A stretch of DNA of 64,000 nt. Origin: Candidatus Omnitrophota bacterium (GTDB lineage: Bacteria > Omnitrophota > Gorgyraeia > Zapsychrales > JANLHA01). The notes under the pieces are model-generated. The model was not told the origin of the DNA. It searched no databases and saw nothing but the letters and a program-made list of their open reading frames with translations. Where the stretch lies: the NCBI GenBank assembly GCA_040753435.1, contig JBFMEN010000069.1:47551-111550 (forward strand), read 5' to 3'. This document shows positions 1-9,676 of this stretch, piece by piece (the stretch's first letter is position 1; each line of letters starts with the position of its first letter). The translations under genes and the position numbers were made by a program.

Positions 1-739
1 TATTTTTTCGACAACAGGAGGATATCAGGGAATCGGTTTTGCGATTCCGATAGACACGGTTAAACGTATCACATCAAAAATTATCCGGGGGGAAGAAGTT
101 GAATACGGATGGATCGGAGTTGCGATTCAAAACCTCGATCAAAATCTGGCGGAATACTTCGGGTTGAAGAATCCGGATGGTGTCCTGGTTCATGAAGTTC
201 TGGTTCAAGGCCCTGCATCAAAAGCAGGCATTCAAAAGGGCGACATTATTTTATCTGTTAACCAAAGAAGGGTAAGGAATGTTTCTGAATTGATTAATCT
301 CATTGGTGCAATTACACCGGGAAAAATAGTTTCTTTACGCGTGTTCAGGAATGGTTCAAGCCGGCAGGTTAAGGTTGAGGTTGAAAGGAATCCAGTGAGT
401 AATTATCAGCAGGAGCAACGCCGGGAAGAGGAAGAACCTGCCCAGTTTTCTATCCTTGAACAATGGCGGGGGCTAAGCATTCAGGATATTCCGAAATCAA
501 TGACAGCGGAAATGGGCCTTGAAAGTATTGAGGGTGTTTTAGTCGCTGATGTCCAGGTTGGCTCTCCGGCCGACGAGGCAGGAATCCAGCCGGGCAGTAT
601 CATCCTGAGTGTCGACAGCAAGGATATCAGCAATGCTAAAGAATTCGAGGATGCGGTGCGAAATAAAAAGGGTGATGTTCTTTTACGTACAAACCAGGCA
701 TTTGTCGTTGTGAAAAGCCCACAAAATAATAAAAAATAA
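1..739 (+). CDS. HtrA/DegP-family serine protease, 5'-truncated (end of protease domain plus two PDZ domains)
   Basis: Frame from nt 2 reads IFSTTGGYQGIGFAIP (HtrA protease tail); two PDZ motifs GPASKAGIQKGDIIL and GSPADEAGIQPGSIIL. Confidence 0.9.
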   Translation, partial: IFSTTGGYQGIGFAIPIDTVKRITSKIIRGEEVEYGWIGVAIQNLDQNLAEYFGLKNPDGVLVHEVLVQGPASKAGIQKGDIILSVNQRRVRNVSELINLIGAITPGKIVSLRVFRNGSSRQVKVEVERNPVSNYQQEQRREEEEPAQFSILEQWRGLSIQDIPKSMTAEMGLESIEGVLVADVQVGSPADEAGIQPGSIILSVDSKDISNAKEFEDAVRNKKGDVLLRTNQAFVVVKSPQNNKK

Positions 740-773
740 TCATAATTTACCTGATAAGGAGCGGGAAAAGAAG

Positions 774-1343
774 ATGCAAGTTCCTTTGGAAATTACATTT
801 CGTGGCGGTGTTGAACATAACCCGGCCATTGAAGACTTAATTCGCAGGAAAACCCAAAAGATGGATCAATTCTGCGATCATGTCAGCAGTTGCCATGTCG
901 CTATTGAAACTACCCAGAGACATCAAGAACGCGGCAATACATATCGCGTCAGACTCGATATCTCGGTTCCACCCGGGCACAAAATTTTTGTTGAGCGTAC
1001 TCCGAGTAAAGGCCATATGCATGATCCATTGACAACAACCATTCGAGGAGCCTTTAAGGCTGCTTATCGTCAGGTCAGGGACTTGTCGGAAAAACAGAAC
1101 CGGGAAATCAAGAGTCACCCTGATCAGACAATGAATGCGGTCGTTTCAAAAATCAAGAAGAGCGCCGGATATGGTTTCTTGCGTTCATTTGAAGGGAGAG
1201 AGATTTATTTTCATCGCCATAGTGTTATTAATGTTGATTTTAATGATCTAATGGTGGGAGACGGGATTCATTACATTGAAGAGATCGGAAATAAAGGAGC
1301 CCAGGCTTCTTCGGTTCATTTAGTTAACAGAACAAATTTATAG
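774..1343 (+). CDS. HPF/RaiA-family ribosome hibernation protein fused to a C-terminal cold-shock (OB) domain
   Basis: MQVPLEITFRG...SCHVAIE...YRVRLDISVPPG (HPF/S30AE); GYGFL..EGREIYFHRHSV...GAQASSV (CSD). Confidence 0.85.
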   Translation: MQVPLEITFRGGVEHNPAIEDLIRRKTQKMDQFCDHVSSCHVAIETTQRHQERGNTYRVRLDISVPPGHKIFVERTPSKGHMHDPLTTTIRGAFKAAYRQVRDLSEKQNREIKSHPDQTMNAVVSKIKKSAGYGFLRSFEGREIYFHRHSVINVDFNDLMVGDGIHYIEEIGNKGAQASSVHLVNRTNL

Positions 1344-1385
1344 GAAATGTTCGACGGGCTGATTTTAACAGAAAGTGGAGCGGCG

Positions 1386-2549
1386 ATGCGTTTAATAACA
1401 CGGGATGAGCTGAAGGGATTGATTGATGCCAGAATGGAACCTTGTATATCGATTTACGCTCCTATGGGTGTCCATCCTTCCTTTGCCAGGGGGAATGCGA
1501 TTCGTTTTAAGAATCTGCTGTCTAGAGTGGTTGAAGAGCTTGGACTGGAATGGAACAAGAGAAGTACTGATGCAAAAGAACTTATTGAACCACTTCAACG
1601 GTTGTTAAAGGAAGATGCTTTTTGGCAAAATCAAAGCGGGGGCTTGTGCGCTTTTGCAGGTCCGGGTTTTTTTCGTTATTATCGAATCCCTCTGGAATTT
1701 GAAGAGATGGTGCATATTGATGATCATTTTTATACCGGGCCGCTGCTCCCGTTATTTACAGGAGACGGGCGTTTTTATCTTTTATCATTAAGCCAGCAAC
1801 AAGTCCGTTTGTTTGAAGGGACGCATTACAGGTTGAAAGAAATGGTTTTGGGTGACCTACCTGATAATCGGGAGGACGCGCTGCGATTTCATAATAAAGA
1901 GAAGCACTTGATATTTCATACACGAAGCGCCGGGAATGCACAGGAACGCGATGCCATGTTTCATGGGCACGGAAGCAGCTCGGAAGACTCTAAAAAAAAC
2001 ATAGCGCTTTTTTTTGAAAAGGTTGACCGGCATTTGATGGAAATCCTTGAGGGAGAGTCATCTCCGCTGATTCTGGCCGGAGTTGATTTTATGAGGGATT
2101 GTTATAAGGAAGTGAGTCATTACGCGCATATTTTGAACGAAGGTATCGCTGGAAACCATCAGCGCGAACGCATTGAGGGTCTTCATCGGCAGGCATGGGA
2201 CCTTGTTAAGAATGTATTCAAAGAAAGTATTCATCATGATGCTGCGCGTTTCAGGAATCTCCGTGCCATAAAAGAGTCATCAGATGACATTAAGGAAATT
2301 ATTGTCCGTGCCTTTGAGGGAAAGGTAAGCGTGCTTTTTGTGCCCGAAAAGGGGCATATTTGGGGTGAGTTTGACCGCGCATCTTTCCATGTCAATGTTT
2401 TCCCCGTCAAGATTAACGGCGATGATGATCTGCTTGAATTAACGTCCGAGCAAACAATCATTCATCGGGGAAGTGTTTATGCGGTCAAGCCTGATGAAAT
2501 TCCGGGAGAGTCCGGTGTCGCTGCAATTTTCAGGCAGGGGATAGTATAA
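1386..2549 (+). CDS. Bacterial aeRF1-like protein (baeRF family 3/7 type; Balon-like hibernation factor candidate)
   Basis: PCISIYAP, FYLLSLSQQQVRLFEGT, PLILAGV, GIAGN and C-terminal DDLLE...HRGSVY...AAIFR pattern; no GGQ; start moved to ATG 1386 after GGAG. Confidence 0.75.
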   Translation: MRLITRDELKGLIDARMEPCISIYAPMGVHPSFARGNAIRFKNLLSRVVEELGLEWNKRSTDAKELIEPLQRLLKEDAFWQNQSGGLCAFAGPGFFRYYRIPLEFEEMVHIDDHFYTGPLLPLFTGDGRFYLLSLSQQQVRLFEGTHYRLKEMVLGDLPDNREDALRFHNKEKHLIFHTRSAGNAQERDAMFHGHGSSSEDSKKNIALFFEKVDRHLMEILEGESSPLILAGVDFMRDCYKEVSHYAHILNEGIAGNHQRERIEGLHRQAWDLVKNVFKESIHHDAARFRNLRAIKESSDDIKEIIVRAFEGKVSVLFVPEKGHIWGEFDRASFHVNVFPVKINGDDDLLELTSEQTIIHRGSVYAVKPDEIPGESGVAAIFRQGIV

Positions 2550-2554
2550 ATTTT

Positions 2555-2833
2555 ATGGAAAGTCGTCGGGTACATGTTTTGATCGCGGGAATCGTCCAGG
2601 GAGTATTTTTTCGTTCGTTCATGAAGGAGAAGGCCCAGGAACTTGGAGTTAAAGGCTGGGTAAAAAATCGGGTGGACGGAACGCTTGAATCGGTGATGGA
2701 AGGAAAAAAGGATGCAGTTGATGAATTAATTTCATGGTGCCGCAAGGGACCTCCCATGGCCGACGTTGATTATATTCATTTGGAGCGAGAAGACTTTAGA
2801 GATGAGTTCAAATCTTTTAATATTGAATATTAA
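2555..2833 (+). CDS. acyP: Acylphosphatase
   Basis: GIVQGVFFR and GWVKNRVDGTLE motifs; GPPMADV. Confidence 0.9.
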   Translation: MESRRVHVLIAGIVQGVFFRSFMKEKAQELGVKGWVKNRVDGTLESVMEGKKDAVDELISWCRKGPPMADVDYIHLEREDFRDEFKSFNIEY

Positions 2834-2862
2834 AAATTTATGAATTGATGAGAGAGGCAGCT

Positions 2863-3522
2863 ATGGTTATTGGAAAAGATAAAATAAAGCAGGACGTCGA
2901 GGATCAGATATCAAATGACAATCGTGTCAGTGCCAGTGAAATTAATGTTGATGTGGACAAGGGTGAGGTTATATTGCGCGGCCGGGCGGGATCCTATTTG
3001 GCCAGGAGGGCAGCTGAGACGGATGCCTGGGTTGTTGAAGGAGTGATTAACGTAAAAAATGAAATCGATGTGAGCTATCCCATCGATAAAATGCTGACTG
3101 ATAATGAAATCCGAAAGAACATAGATGAGTTTTTACTATATAATCCGCAAATTGACGCATCCAAAGTCGACATCGGTGTCAGAAGCGGGATTGTGACTTT
3201 ATTTGGAAGTGTTGATCATTATTGGAAAAAAAATGCTGTTGAAGAAGCGGTGAACGATCTCACAGGAGTCAAAGGCGTTATTAACGAACTTGCCGTAGTG
3301 CCAACCAAGCAATTATCAGATGAAGTGATTGCTCAGGAAATTTTATCTACAGCCGAGCTGGATTTCCCGGTTGATATGAACAAGATTATCGTTGAGGTCG
3401 AAGAAGGCCGGGTGACGCTTAAGGGCATCGTTCCCGACTGGAAATCCGGCAAAATTATCTACGATAAGGCCTGCTATACAACCGGAGTTGTTGATGTCGA
3501 TAATCAAATGGAAATTCAATAA
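2863..3522 (+). CDS. Triple BON-domain protein, no signal peptide
   Basis: Three I.V.V..G.V.L.G.V...GV..V.N.L repeats; ATG 2863 follows GAGG. Confidence 0.85.
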   Translation: MVIGKDKIKQDVEDQISNDNRVSASEINVDVDKGEVILRGRAGSYLARRAAETDAWVVEGVINVKNEIDVSYPIDKMLTDNEIRKNIDEFLLYNPQIDASKVDIGVRSGIVTLFGSVDHYWKKNAVEEAVNDLTGVKGVINELAVVPTKQLSDEVIAQEILSTAELDFPVDMNKIIVEVEEGRVTLKGIVPDWKSGKIIYDKACYTTGVVDVDNQMEIQ

Positions 3523-3711
3523 AAGGCTGTTGCTTTTTGATGTCCAATTTCCCTGGTTAGAATTCCCCTCCAATTTTGCTGTTCGCTGATTATTGTCTAT
3601 TTTAAGGAGAAAAAGGTCGGAATTTAGAGGAACACGGATGTTGAGGGAAATCCCCTTCTGTGTGATGATGGCGTTACAAATAAGGCTATTTAATCAAAAG
3701 GAGGCAAAAAG

Positions 3712-4155
3712 ATGGAAAGGGTAAAGGAAGAACTGGTGACAATGCTTAACCAGGCCCTTGAGTTGGAGCATGCGGCCCGTATACAGTACCTTGCTCATGC
3801 GGAGGCAATAAAAGGGCTTCAATCTGAGAAACTGATTGAGCGGATTAAAGAGATTGCTTCTGATGAAGAAAAACATGAAGAGATGTTTCGTGAGATGATT
3901 GGCGGTTATTTGGGAGGTATTCCGACTATGGGCATGTCGGAGACCCATTCAGCCTTCGAAATCCAGCAGATCCTTGATGTAAATATGAAACAGGAAAAGG
4001 ACGCAATTGATTTTTATAAAAAGATCTACAAAAAAGTTATCGATAACAAGGAAAATCTCCAATATCAATTTGAGGCGCTTGAGCACAGCATTCGTCACAT
4101 TATTATTGATGAGGAGGAACATGTGTCAGAGCTTTCTTTATTGATGGGGATTTAA
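3712..4155 (+). CDS. Ferritin-like di-iron protein (bacterioferritin-like)
   Basis: LNQALELE..A..QY, DEEKH, EKDAIDFY, DEEEH di-iron motifs; AGGAGG RBS. Confidence 0.85.
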   Translation: MERVKEELVTMLNQALELEHAARIQYLAHAEAIKGLQSEKLIERIKEIASDEEKHEEMFREMIGGYLGGIPTMGMSETHSAFEIQQILDVNMKQEKDAIDFYKKIYKKVIDNKENLQYQFEALEHSIRHIIIDEEEHVSELSLLMGI

Positions 4156-4175
4156 GGAACGGCAGAAGACGAGAG

Positions 4176-4418
4176 GTGGCCATGTCCAATGTGAAGGTTT
4201 ATAGTACGCCTGCGTGTCCGTATTGTCGAAAGGCGAAGGAATTTCTTCATGAAAACAACATTGAGTTCGAAGATATTAATATTGCGGCAGATCAACGGAC
4301 AGCCAGGGAAATTATTGAGAAAACAGGGAGAATGAGCGTTCCGGTGATTGACATCGATGGAAAATATATCATTGGATATGATGAGCCGGCATTAAAAGAA
4401 ACTCTCCATATTAAATAG
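4176..4418 (+). CDS. Glutaredoxin-like protein (NrdH/YruB type)
   Basis: VYSTPACPYC, SVPVIDIDG. Confidence 0.9.
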   Translation: MAMSNVKVYSTPACPYCRKAKEFLHENNIEFEDINIAADQRTAREIIEKTGRMSVPVIDIDGKYIIGYDEPALKETLHIK

Positions 4419-4449
4419 TGAAAGGACGGGGGCAGGATCAGGAGGAAAC

Positions 4450-5361
4450 ATGCTTGATGTGGTGATTATCGGTGCAGGCATTGCCGGATGTACTGCTGCG
4501 GTTTATGCTGCCAGAAACCGAATGGATTATTTGCTGGTTTCGGATAATTTTGGGGGCCAGTTTCTGGAATCAGGCATGATCTTGAACTATCCCGGTGTTA
4601 TTCAGACCGATGGATTTAAATTTCGTTCTGCCTTTGAAAAACAGCTGGAATTTAACGGTGTTCAGCGCCTTATTGGCCCCCATATCAAAAAAATTGAATC
4701 CATTGAAAACGGTTTCAGACTTATCGGGGATCGGCAGGAGTTTGAGACCCAAACTGTTATTATTGCCACAGGCTCGCATCCCAGGAAATTGAATGTTCCC
4801 GGGGAGGATAGTTTTTTAAATCGAGGGGTGACTTATTGTTCGGTTTGTGATGGGCCTCTCTTTGCGGACAAAATAATTGCTATTATCGGTGGAGGAAATT
4901 CAGCCCTTGAAGGCATTCATTTCACACACAGAATCGCGAAAAAGATCTATCTGATTAATATCGAAGATCATTTTAGCGCCCATGCCTATTTGAGCGAAAC
5001 GATAGCCTCTTTTGAAAATGTTGAGGTTATTGATAAAGCAAGGACTTTCGAAATTTTCGGGGATGATTTTGTTCAGGGATTGCGATATGAAAGGGAAGGC
5101 AAACAATATCAACTGGATGTTCATGGGATCATTATAGAAATAGGCCGAACGCCTAATACTGATTTTTTAAAAGGTTTTGTTGAACTGGATGAGAAGAAAC
5201 ATGTTGTGATTGATTGCCAGTCGCGCACTTCCGTTGAAGGGGTTTTCGCCGCGGGTGATTGCGCTTCGGGGTTGGAATATCAATATGTGATTGCGGCCGG
5301 ACAAGGATGCATCGCTTTGTTAAAAGCGGCTAGATATTTGTCAAACCGAAGAGATTTTTAA
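4450..5361 (+). CDS. Thioredoxin-disulfide reductase (TrxB/AhpF-like)
   Basis: IIGAGIAG, RGVTYCSVCDG, IIGGGNSA, GVFAAGDC. Confidence 0.9.
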   Translation: MLDVVIIGAGIAGCTAAVYAARNRMDYLLVSDNFGGQFLESGMILNYPGVIQTDGFKFRSAFEKQLEFNGVQRLIGPHIKKIESIENGFRLIGDRQEFETQTVIIATGSHPRKLNVPGEDSFLNRGVTYCSVCDGPLFADKIIAIIGGGNSALEGIHFTHRIAKKIYLINIEDHFSAHAYLSETIASFENVEVIDKARTFEIFGDDFVQGLRYEREGKQYQLDVHGIIIEIGRTPNTDFLKGFVELDEKKHVVIDCQSRTSVEGVFAAGDCASGLEYQYVIAAGQGCIALLKAARYLSNRRDF

Positions 5362-5395
5362 AATCATCGACCTTGAAGAAGAGGGAGGGCTGTTC

Positions 5396-5971
5396 ATGAC
5401 CGGTATACCCAAAAACATACTGCCAGTAGGGTTGCTGATGAAAGAACACAGATTGATTGAAAAAATGGTTAGGGTAATCGACGGTAAAATTAAAGAGTAC
5501 AAGGGTTCGGGAAGACCGGATGGGTTTTTCATTAATGGCGTTGTTGATTTTTTTAAAGTCTATGCAGACAAAAATCATCATGGCAAAGAAGAAGAAATCC
5601 TGTTTGCCCGATTGGAGAACAGGGACATTACATTGCAGCACCGGGCCATTATGCAAAATCTTCTTCGGGATCATGTTCAAAGCCGGAAGATCGTAGGGAA
5701 GATCAGGGAGTTGAATGCGGGGATATTCAAAAATAGCCCCCAGGCGATTGATGAAGTGATTGCACATTTACAGACGTTAGCCAGTCTTTATACAAACCAT
5801 ATTGATGTTGAGGATAATCATTTTTTTCTTCCTGTCATGGGTTATTTCAGCAAAGTTGAACAGGAGAAGATGATTGAGGATTTTATCGATTTTGATCGAC
5901 AGTTTGTTCACAACCATTATAGGGATTTCGTTAGCGGTTTCTTGAAAGGCACGGAAGGTCATGCGATCTGA
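5396..5971 (+). CDS. Hemerythrin-like (HHE) domain protein
   Basis: LMKEHRLI, HHGKEEEILF, DH, HIDVEDNHFF. Confidence 0.85.
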   Translation: MTGIPKNILPVGLLMKEHRLIEKMVRVIDGKIKEYKGSGRPDGFFINGVVDFFKVYADKNHHGKEEEILFARLENRDITLQHRAIMQNLLRDHVQSRKIVGKIRELNAGIFKNSPQAIDEVIAHLQTLASLYTNHIDVEDNHFFLPVMGYFSKVEQEKMIEDFIDFDRQFVHNHYRDFVSGFLKGTEGHAI

Positions 5972-7691
5972 ATTGATGATACGGGTAACTGGTGAGGCTG
6001 GGCAAGGTTTGAAGACCATCGGTAACCTTCTTTGCAAAATCTTCAGACGCTCAGGGTGGAATCTTTTTGCAAACCAGGATTATATGTCCCGCATACGCGG
6101 CGGGAATAATTTTTTTCAGATCCGGGTGTCAAATAAGCCTGTTTGTTGCACACGGGAAAAATGCGACTTGATTGTCGCGCTTGATAAGGACAGCGTCGGT
6201 ATCCACCGTAAAGATCTGAATGAAAGCGGCCGGATGATCGCTGATCTGCAGAAATTTGGTATCGAAAACGATCCCCAATATATTGACATCCCTCTTTTTG
6301 ACATTGCCCAAAAAATCGGGGGAAACGATATTTATATTAATTCTGTCGCTTGCGGAATGATTAGCGCTTTGGCCGGGGTTAATTTTGCTAGTGTAAAAAA
6401 GGAACTGGAAATGACATTTGCCAGGAAAGGCGCGGATATTATCGAAAAAAATATCCATGCGGCCTTTTCAGGTTATGAGAAGGTAAACAGTCAAGCCAAA
6501 GACTGCGGTTTTGTTTTAAAAGAAGATCCAGAGAAAACGGGTATGCTTATTGACGGCAATGACGCTATCGGAATTAGCGCCATTGTTTCCGGTTGTAAAT
6601 TCTATTCAGGTTATCCCATGACGCCGTCTACCGGTATTATGGAATTCATTGCGCGTTACGCCGATCGTTTCAATATTGTTGTTGAGCAGGCTGAGGATGA
6701 AATTGCCGCGGTGAACATGGTTATCGGGGCCTCTTATGCCGGTGTTCGATCTATGACCTCAACCTCAGGAGGAGGTTTTGCGCTGATGACCGAGGCCCTG
6801 AGTCTGGCGGGAATGACGGAGACTCCGATTGTTATTGTCGATGCTCAGCGTCCTGGACCGGCAACGGGTTTTCCAACACGTACGGAACAGGCGGATATTG
6901 ATTTCCTGATTAATGCCGGTCATGGGGAATTCGCCAGAGCAGTCCTTAGCCCAGGCACTATAGAAGAAGCATTTTATTTAACAAATAAAGCCTTTTATTT
7001 GGCCGATAAATACCAAATCCCGGTCTTGTTGATGACAGACCAGCATCTGGCAGACTCTTATCGGAATGTTGATCTCTTTGATATCAGCAGGATCAATAAT
7101 GAACACTTCATTATTTCTAAAGAGGCATCTGTTCATGTTAATAATTACAAGCGATATGCCTTAACACAAACTGGAATTTCTCCCCGGGCGATCCCTTCAT
7201 GGATTGCTGATGTTATTTATGCCGACAGTGACGAGCATACGGAAGAAGGTCATATAACCGAAGATGCCGATGTGCGTATTCAAATGGTTCAGAAGCGGTT
7301 TTATAAGAAGATGGAAGGTTTGCAACAGGAAGTTGAAGAGCCCGTAGCGTACAAGGTTGATGACGCGGACATGATCCTTATCGGTTATGGTTCAACATTT
7401 GGTGCGATTAATGAGGTCTGCCGGTCAGAAACGAATTTGGGATTTATTCATTTACCGCAGGTATGGCCTTTTCCAGCGTCCCGGTTTCAACAGTTGATAA
7501 AGAAAGGGAAAAAACTGTTAACGGTTGAAGGGAATGCCGGAGGAAAGCTGGCGAAATTAATCAAAATGGAAACCTGTATCGAAGTTAATGGATCAATTCT
7601 TCGTTATGATGGCCGCCCCATTAATCGTGATTATCTCTTATCTAAATTGGCAGAGGAGTTGAAGCATGGATCTTCAAACCTATCAAAGTAA
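5961..7691 (+). CDS. 2-oxoacid:ferredoxin oxidoreductase alpha subunit (gamma-alpha fused type)
   Basis: GEAGQG, SRIRGG, GYPMTPST, EQAEDEIAA, TSGGGFALM, QRPGPATGFPT. Confidence 0.93.
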   Translation: MRSELMIRVTGEAGQGLKTIGNLLCKIFRRSGWNLFANQDYMSRIRGGNNFFQIRVSNKPVCCTREKCDLIVALDKDSVGIHRKDLNESGRMIADLQKFGIENDPQYIDIPLFDIAQKIGGNDIYINSVACGMISALAGVNFASVKKELEMTFARKGADIIEKNIHAAFSGYEKVNSQAKDCGFVLKEDPEKTGMLIDGNDAIGISAIVSGCKFYSGYPMTPSTGIMEFIARYADRFNIVVEQAEDEIAAVNMVIGASYAGVRSMTSTSGGGFALMTEALSLAGMTETPIVIVDAQRPGPATGFPTRTEQADIDFLINAGHGEFARAVLSPGTIEEAFYLTNKAFYLADKYQIPVLLMTDQHLADSYRNVDLFDISRINNEHFIISKEASVHVNNYKRYALTQTGISPRAIPSWIADVIYADSDEHTEEGHITEDADVRIQMVQKRFYKKMEGLQQEVEEPVAYKVDDADMILIGYGSTFGAINEVCRSETNLGFIHLPQVWPFPASRFQQLIKKGKKLLTVEGNAGGKLAKLIKMETCIEVNGSILRYDGRPINRDYLLSKLAEELKHGSSNLSK

Positions 7692-8526
7692 TGATCCAAT
7701 TGCCTGGTGCCCCGGGTGCGGAAATTTCGGAATTTTAACGGCGCTTAAAAAAGCATTACTAAATCTGGATCTGCCGCCGAAAGACGTATTGCTGGTCTCC
7801 GGAATAGGTCAGGCCGCAAAGCTTCCTCATTATATAAAGAGCAATTGTTTTAACGGACTTCACGGAAGGGCATTACCGGCTGCGGCAGGGGCCAAGATTG
7901 CAAATCCCGCGCTAACGGTAATCGTTACAACTGGCGATGGAGATTGTTATGGAGAAGGCGGGAATCACTTTATTCATAATATTCGGCGGAACGTTGATAT
8001 CACTGTGATCGTTCATAACAATCAGATTTACGGGCTGACCAAGGGACAGGCTTCTCCGACGACGGATACTGGTTTTACGACAAACATGCAGCCAAACGGT
8101 GTTGTTTTGGAACCTTTTCACGGGGTGGCTGTGGCGATTGCATTGGGGGCAGGTTTTGTTGCACGGGGGTATTCCGGCCATTCTGATGCGTTATCCGATC
8201 TTATTGTAAAAGGGGTCAGGCACCGGGGATTTTCACTGATTGAGGTATTACAGCCCTGCGTCACTTTCAATCACCGGAACACTTATCGTTGGTACAGTGA
8301 GCGTCTTTACCGGCTTGAAGATGAAAAAGATTATGATCCGCGCAATAAGATGCGGGCTGTTGGGAAAGCGTTTGAATGGGGAGACAAAATTCCAGAAGGT
8401 GTCTTTTATGAAGAAATAAAAGATGATTATGCGCAAAAGACAGGTCTGGCAGATCGGCCTCATCTTGTGGATGAGACTGTGAATGCAGGAGAAATTTTTA
8501 AGGAACTGATTGATGTTTTTATTTAG
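7666..8526 (+). CDS. 2-oxoacid:ferredoxin oxidoreductase beta subunit
   Basis: WCPGCGNFG, HGRALP, TPP motif GDGD...NN, QPCVTFN. Confidence 0.93.
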   Translation: MDLQTYQSNDPIAWCPGCGNFGILTALKKALLNLDLPPKDVLLVSGIGQAAKLPHYIKSNCFNGLHGRALPAAAGAKIANPALTVIVTTGDGDCYGEGGNHFIHNIRRNVDITVIVHNNQIYGLTKGQASPTTDTGFTTNMQPNGVVLEPFHGVAVAIALGAGFVARGYSGHSDALSDLIVKGVRHRGFSLIEVLQPCVTFNHRNTYRWYSERLYRLEDEKDYDPRNKMRAVGKAFEWGDKIPEGVFYEEIKDDYAQKTGLADRPHLVDETVNAGEIFKELIDVFI

Positions 8527-8541
8527 GCATGGAGGCGAGCT

Positions 8542-9399
8542 ATGAGACGAACTATAAAATTTAACGGTAAGGAGATAGCATTAAAAGGGATTCCCATTGA
8601 ATTGAATGAAATTGTTCCGGATTTTCGGGCCATTGATTCCAAATTGGATGAGGTGACCCTGTCGGACTTTAAAGGGAAGATCAAACTTTTTACGACATTT
8701 CCATCGTTGGACACTCCCGTTTGTGATAAACAAATCAACGAGTTTAATGGGCGGGCCCAACAGCTGTCGGAAAATGTCTGTGTAATTGGGCTGAGCATGG
8801 ATCTTCCTTTTGCCATTAACAGGTTTTGTGAAAAGAATAACATCAGAAAGGTAAAACTTTTATCGGACCATAGATACACCTCGTTCGGATTGAATTATGG
8901 ATTGCTTATCAAAGATCTTCACCTTTTGGCGAGATCTGTTCTGATTGTAGATGAAAACGACGTGCTCCGGTATTATGAAATTGTTGAAGAGCTGGATAAA
9001 TCTCCGGATTATGACAGGTGTTTGGCGGAGCTGGAAAATATTATTAATCAAGCCCGGCCTTTGACGCCTGAGCAAATTGCATCCAGGGAGTATATTTCTT
9101 GTTGTGAGGGAGCTTCTCCCCTGACGCCTCCCGAAATAAATGAATACCTTTCACAGCTCACTGGCTGGGAACTGGTTGATCATAAGAAGATCGTTAAAGA
9201 TTATCACAGACAGAATTACCAGGAATCAAAAGATTTGCTGGATGATATTTCCGTGATCGCGGATGAGCAGGGACATCATCCCACGACAGTTCTGGGTTAT
9301 GATCACCTGAAGGTGATTCTTACGACACACTCTGTCGGTGAACTCACAGAGAACGATTTTGTTATGGCGGGCCTGATTGACGATCTCGCCGAAACGTAA
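8542..9399 (+). CDS. tpx: Thiol peroxidase (Tpx) fused to a pterin-4a-carbinolamine dehydratase-like domain
   Basis: FPSLDTPVC, SMDLPFA..RFC, LLARSV; C-terminal GHHP...LTTH...LTENDFVMA (PCD). Confidence 0.85.
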   Translation: MRRTIKFNGKEIALKGIPIELNEIVPDFRAIDSKLDEVTLSDFKGKIKLFTTFPSLDTPVCDKQINEFNGRAQQLSENVCVIGLSMDLPFAINRFCEKNNIRKVKLLSDHRYTSFGLNYGLLIKDLHLLARSVLIVDENDVLRYYEIVEELDKSPDYDRCLAELENIINQARPLTPEQIASREYISCCEGASPLTPPEINEYLSQLTGWELVDHKKIVKDYHRQNYQESKDLLDDISVIADEQGHHPTTVLGYDHLKVILTTHSVGELTENDFVMAGLIDDLAET

Positions 9400-9445
9400 A
9401 CTTTTGTTTGGCGAACGGCTGAAATATGACGAACAGGAGATATCG

Positions 9446-9676
9446 ATGCAACCTCAAGACAAGTATGAAATGTATTTAGTGAAGGCAGTGTTTTCAGTTT
9501 TTTTAATAGTGTTAATCGTTTTTGCGGGCGGAATGGCTGAAAAGATGGCGAAAACAAGAGTTAATGAAGAGGCTGAATATTTAGGAGATGATTTGTTATT
9601 TTATGACAACGTGAATATGCTTGTGGTTGGAATGGAGGGAGAGAATGAAGCGGGGACGTGGCCTCTTGATCGTTGA
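9446..9676 (+). CDS. Small single-TM hypothetical protein
   Basis: AGGAGA RBS before ATG 9446; hydrophobic AVFSVFLIVLIVFAG; overlaps the pncA start. Confidence 0.45.
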   Translation: MQPQDKYEMYLVKAVFSVFLIVLIVFAGGMAEKMAKTRVNEEAEYLGDDLLFYDNVNMLVVGMEGENEAGTWPLDR

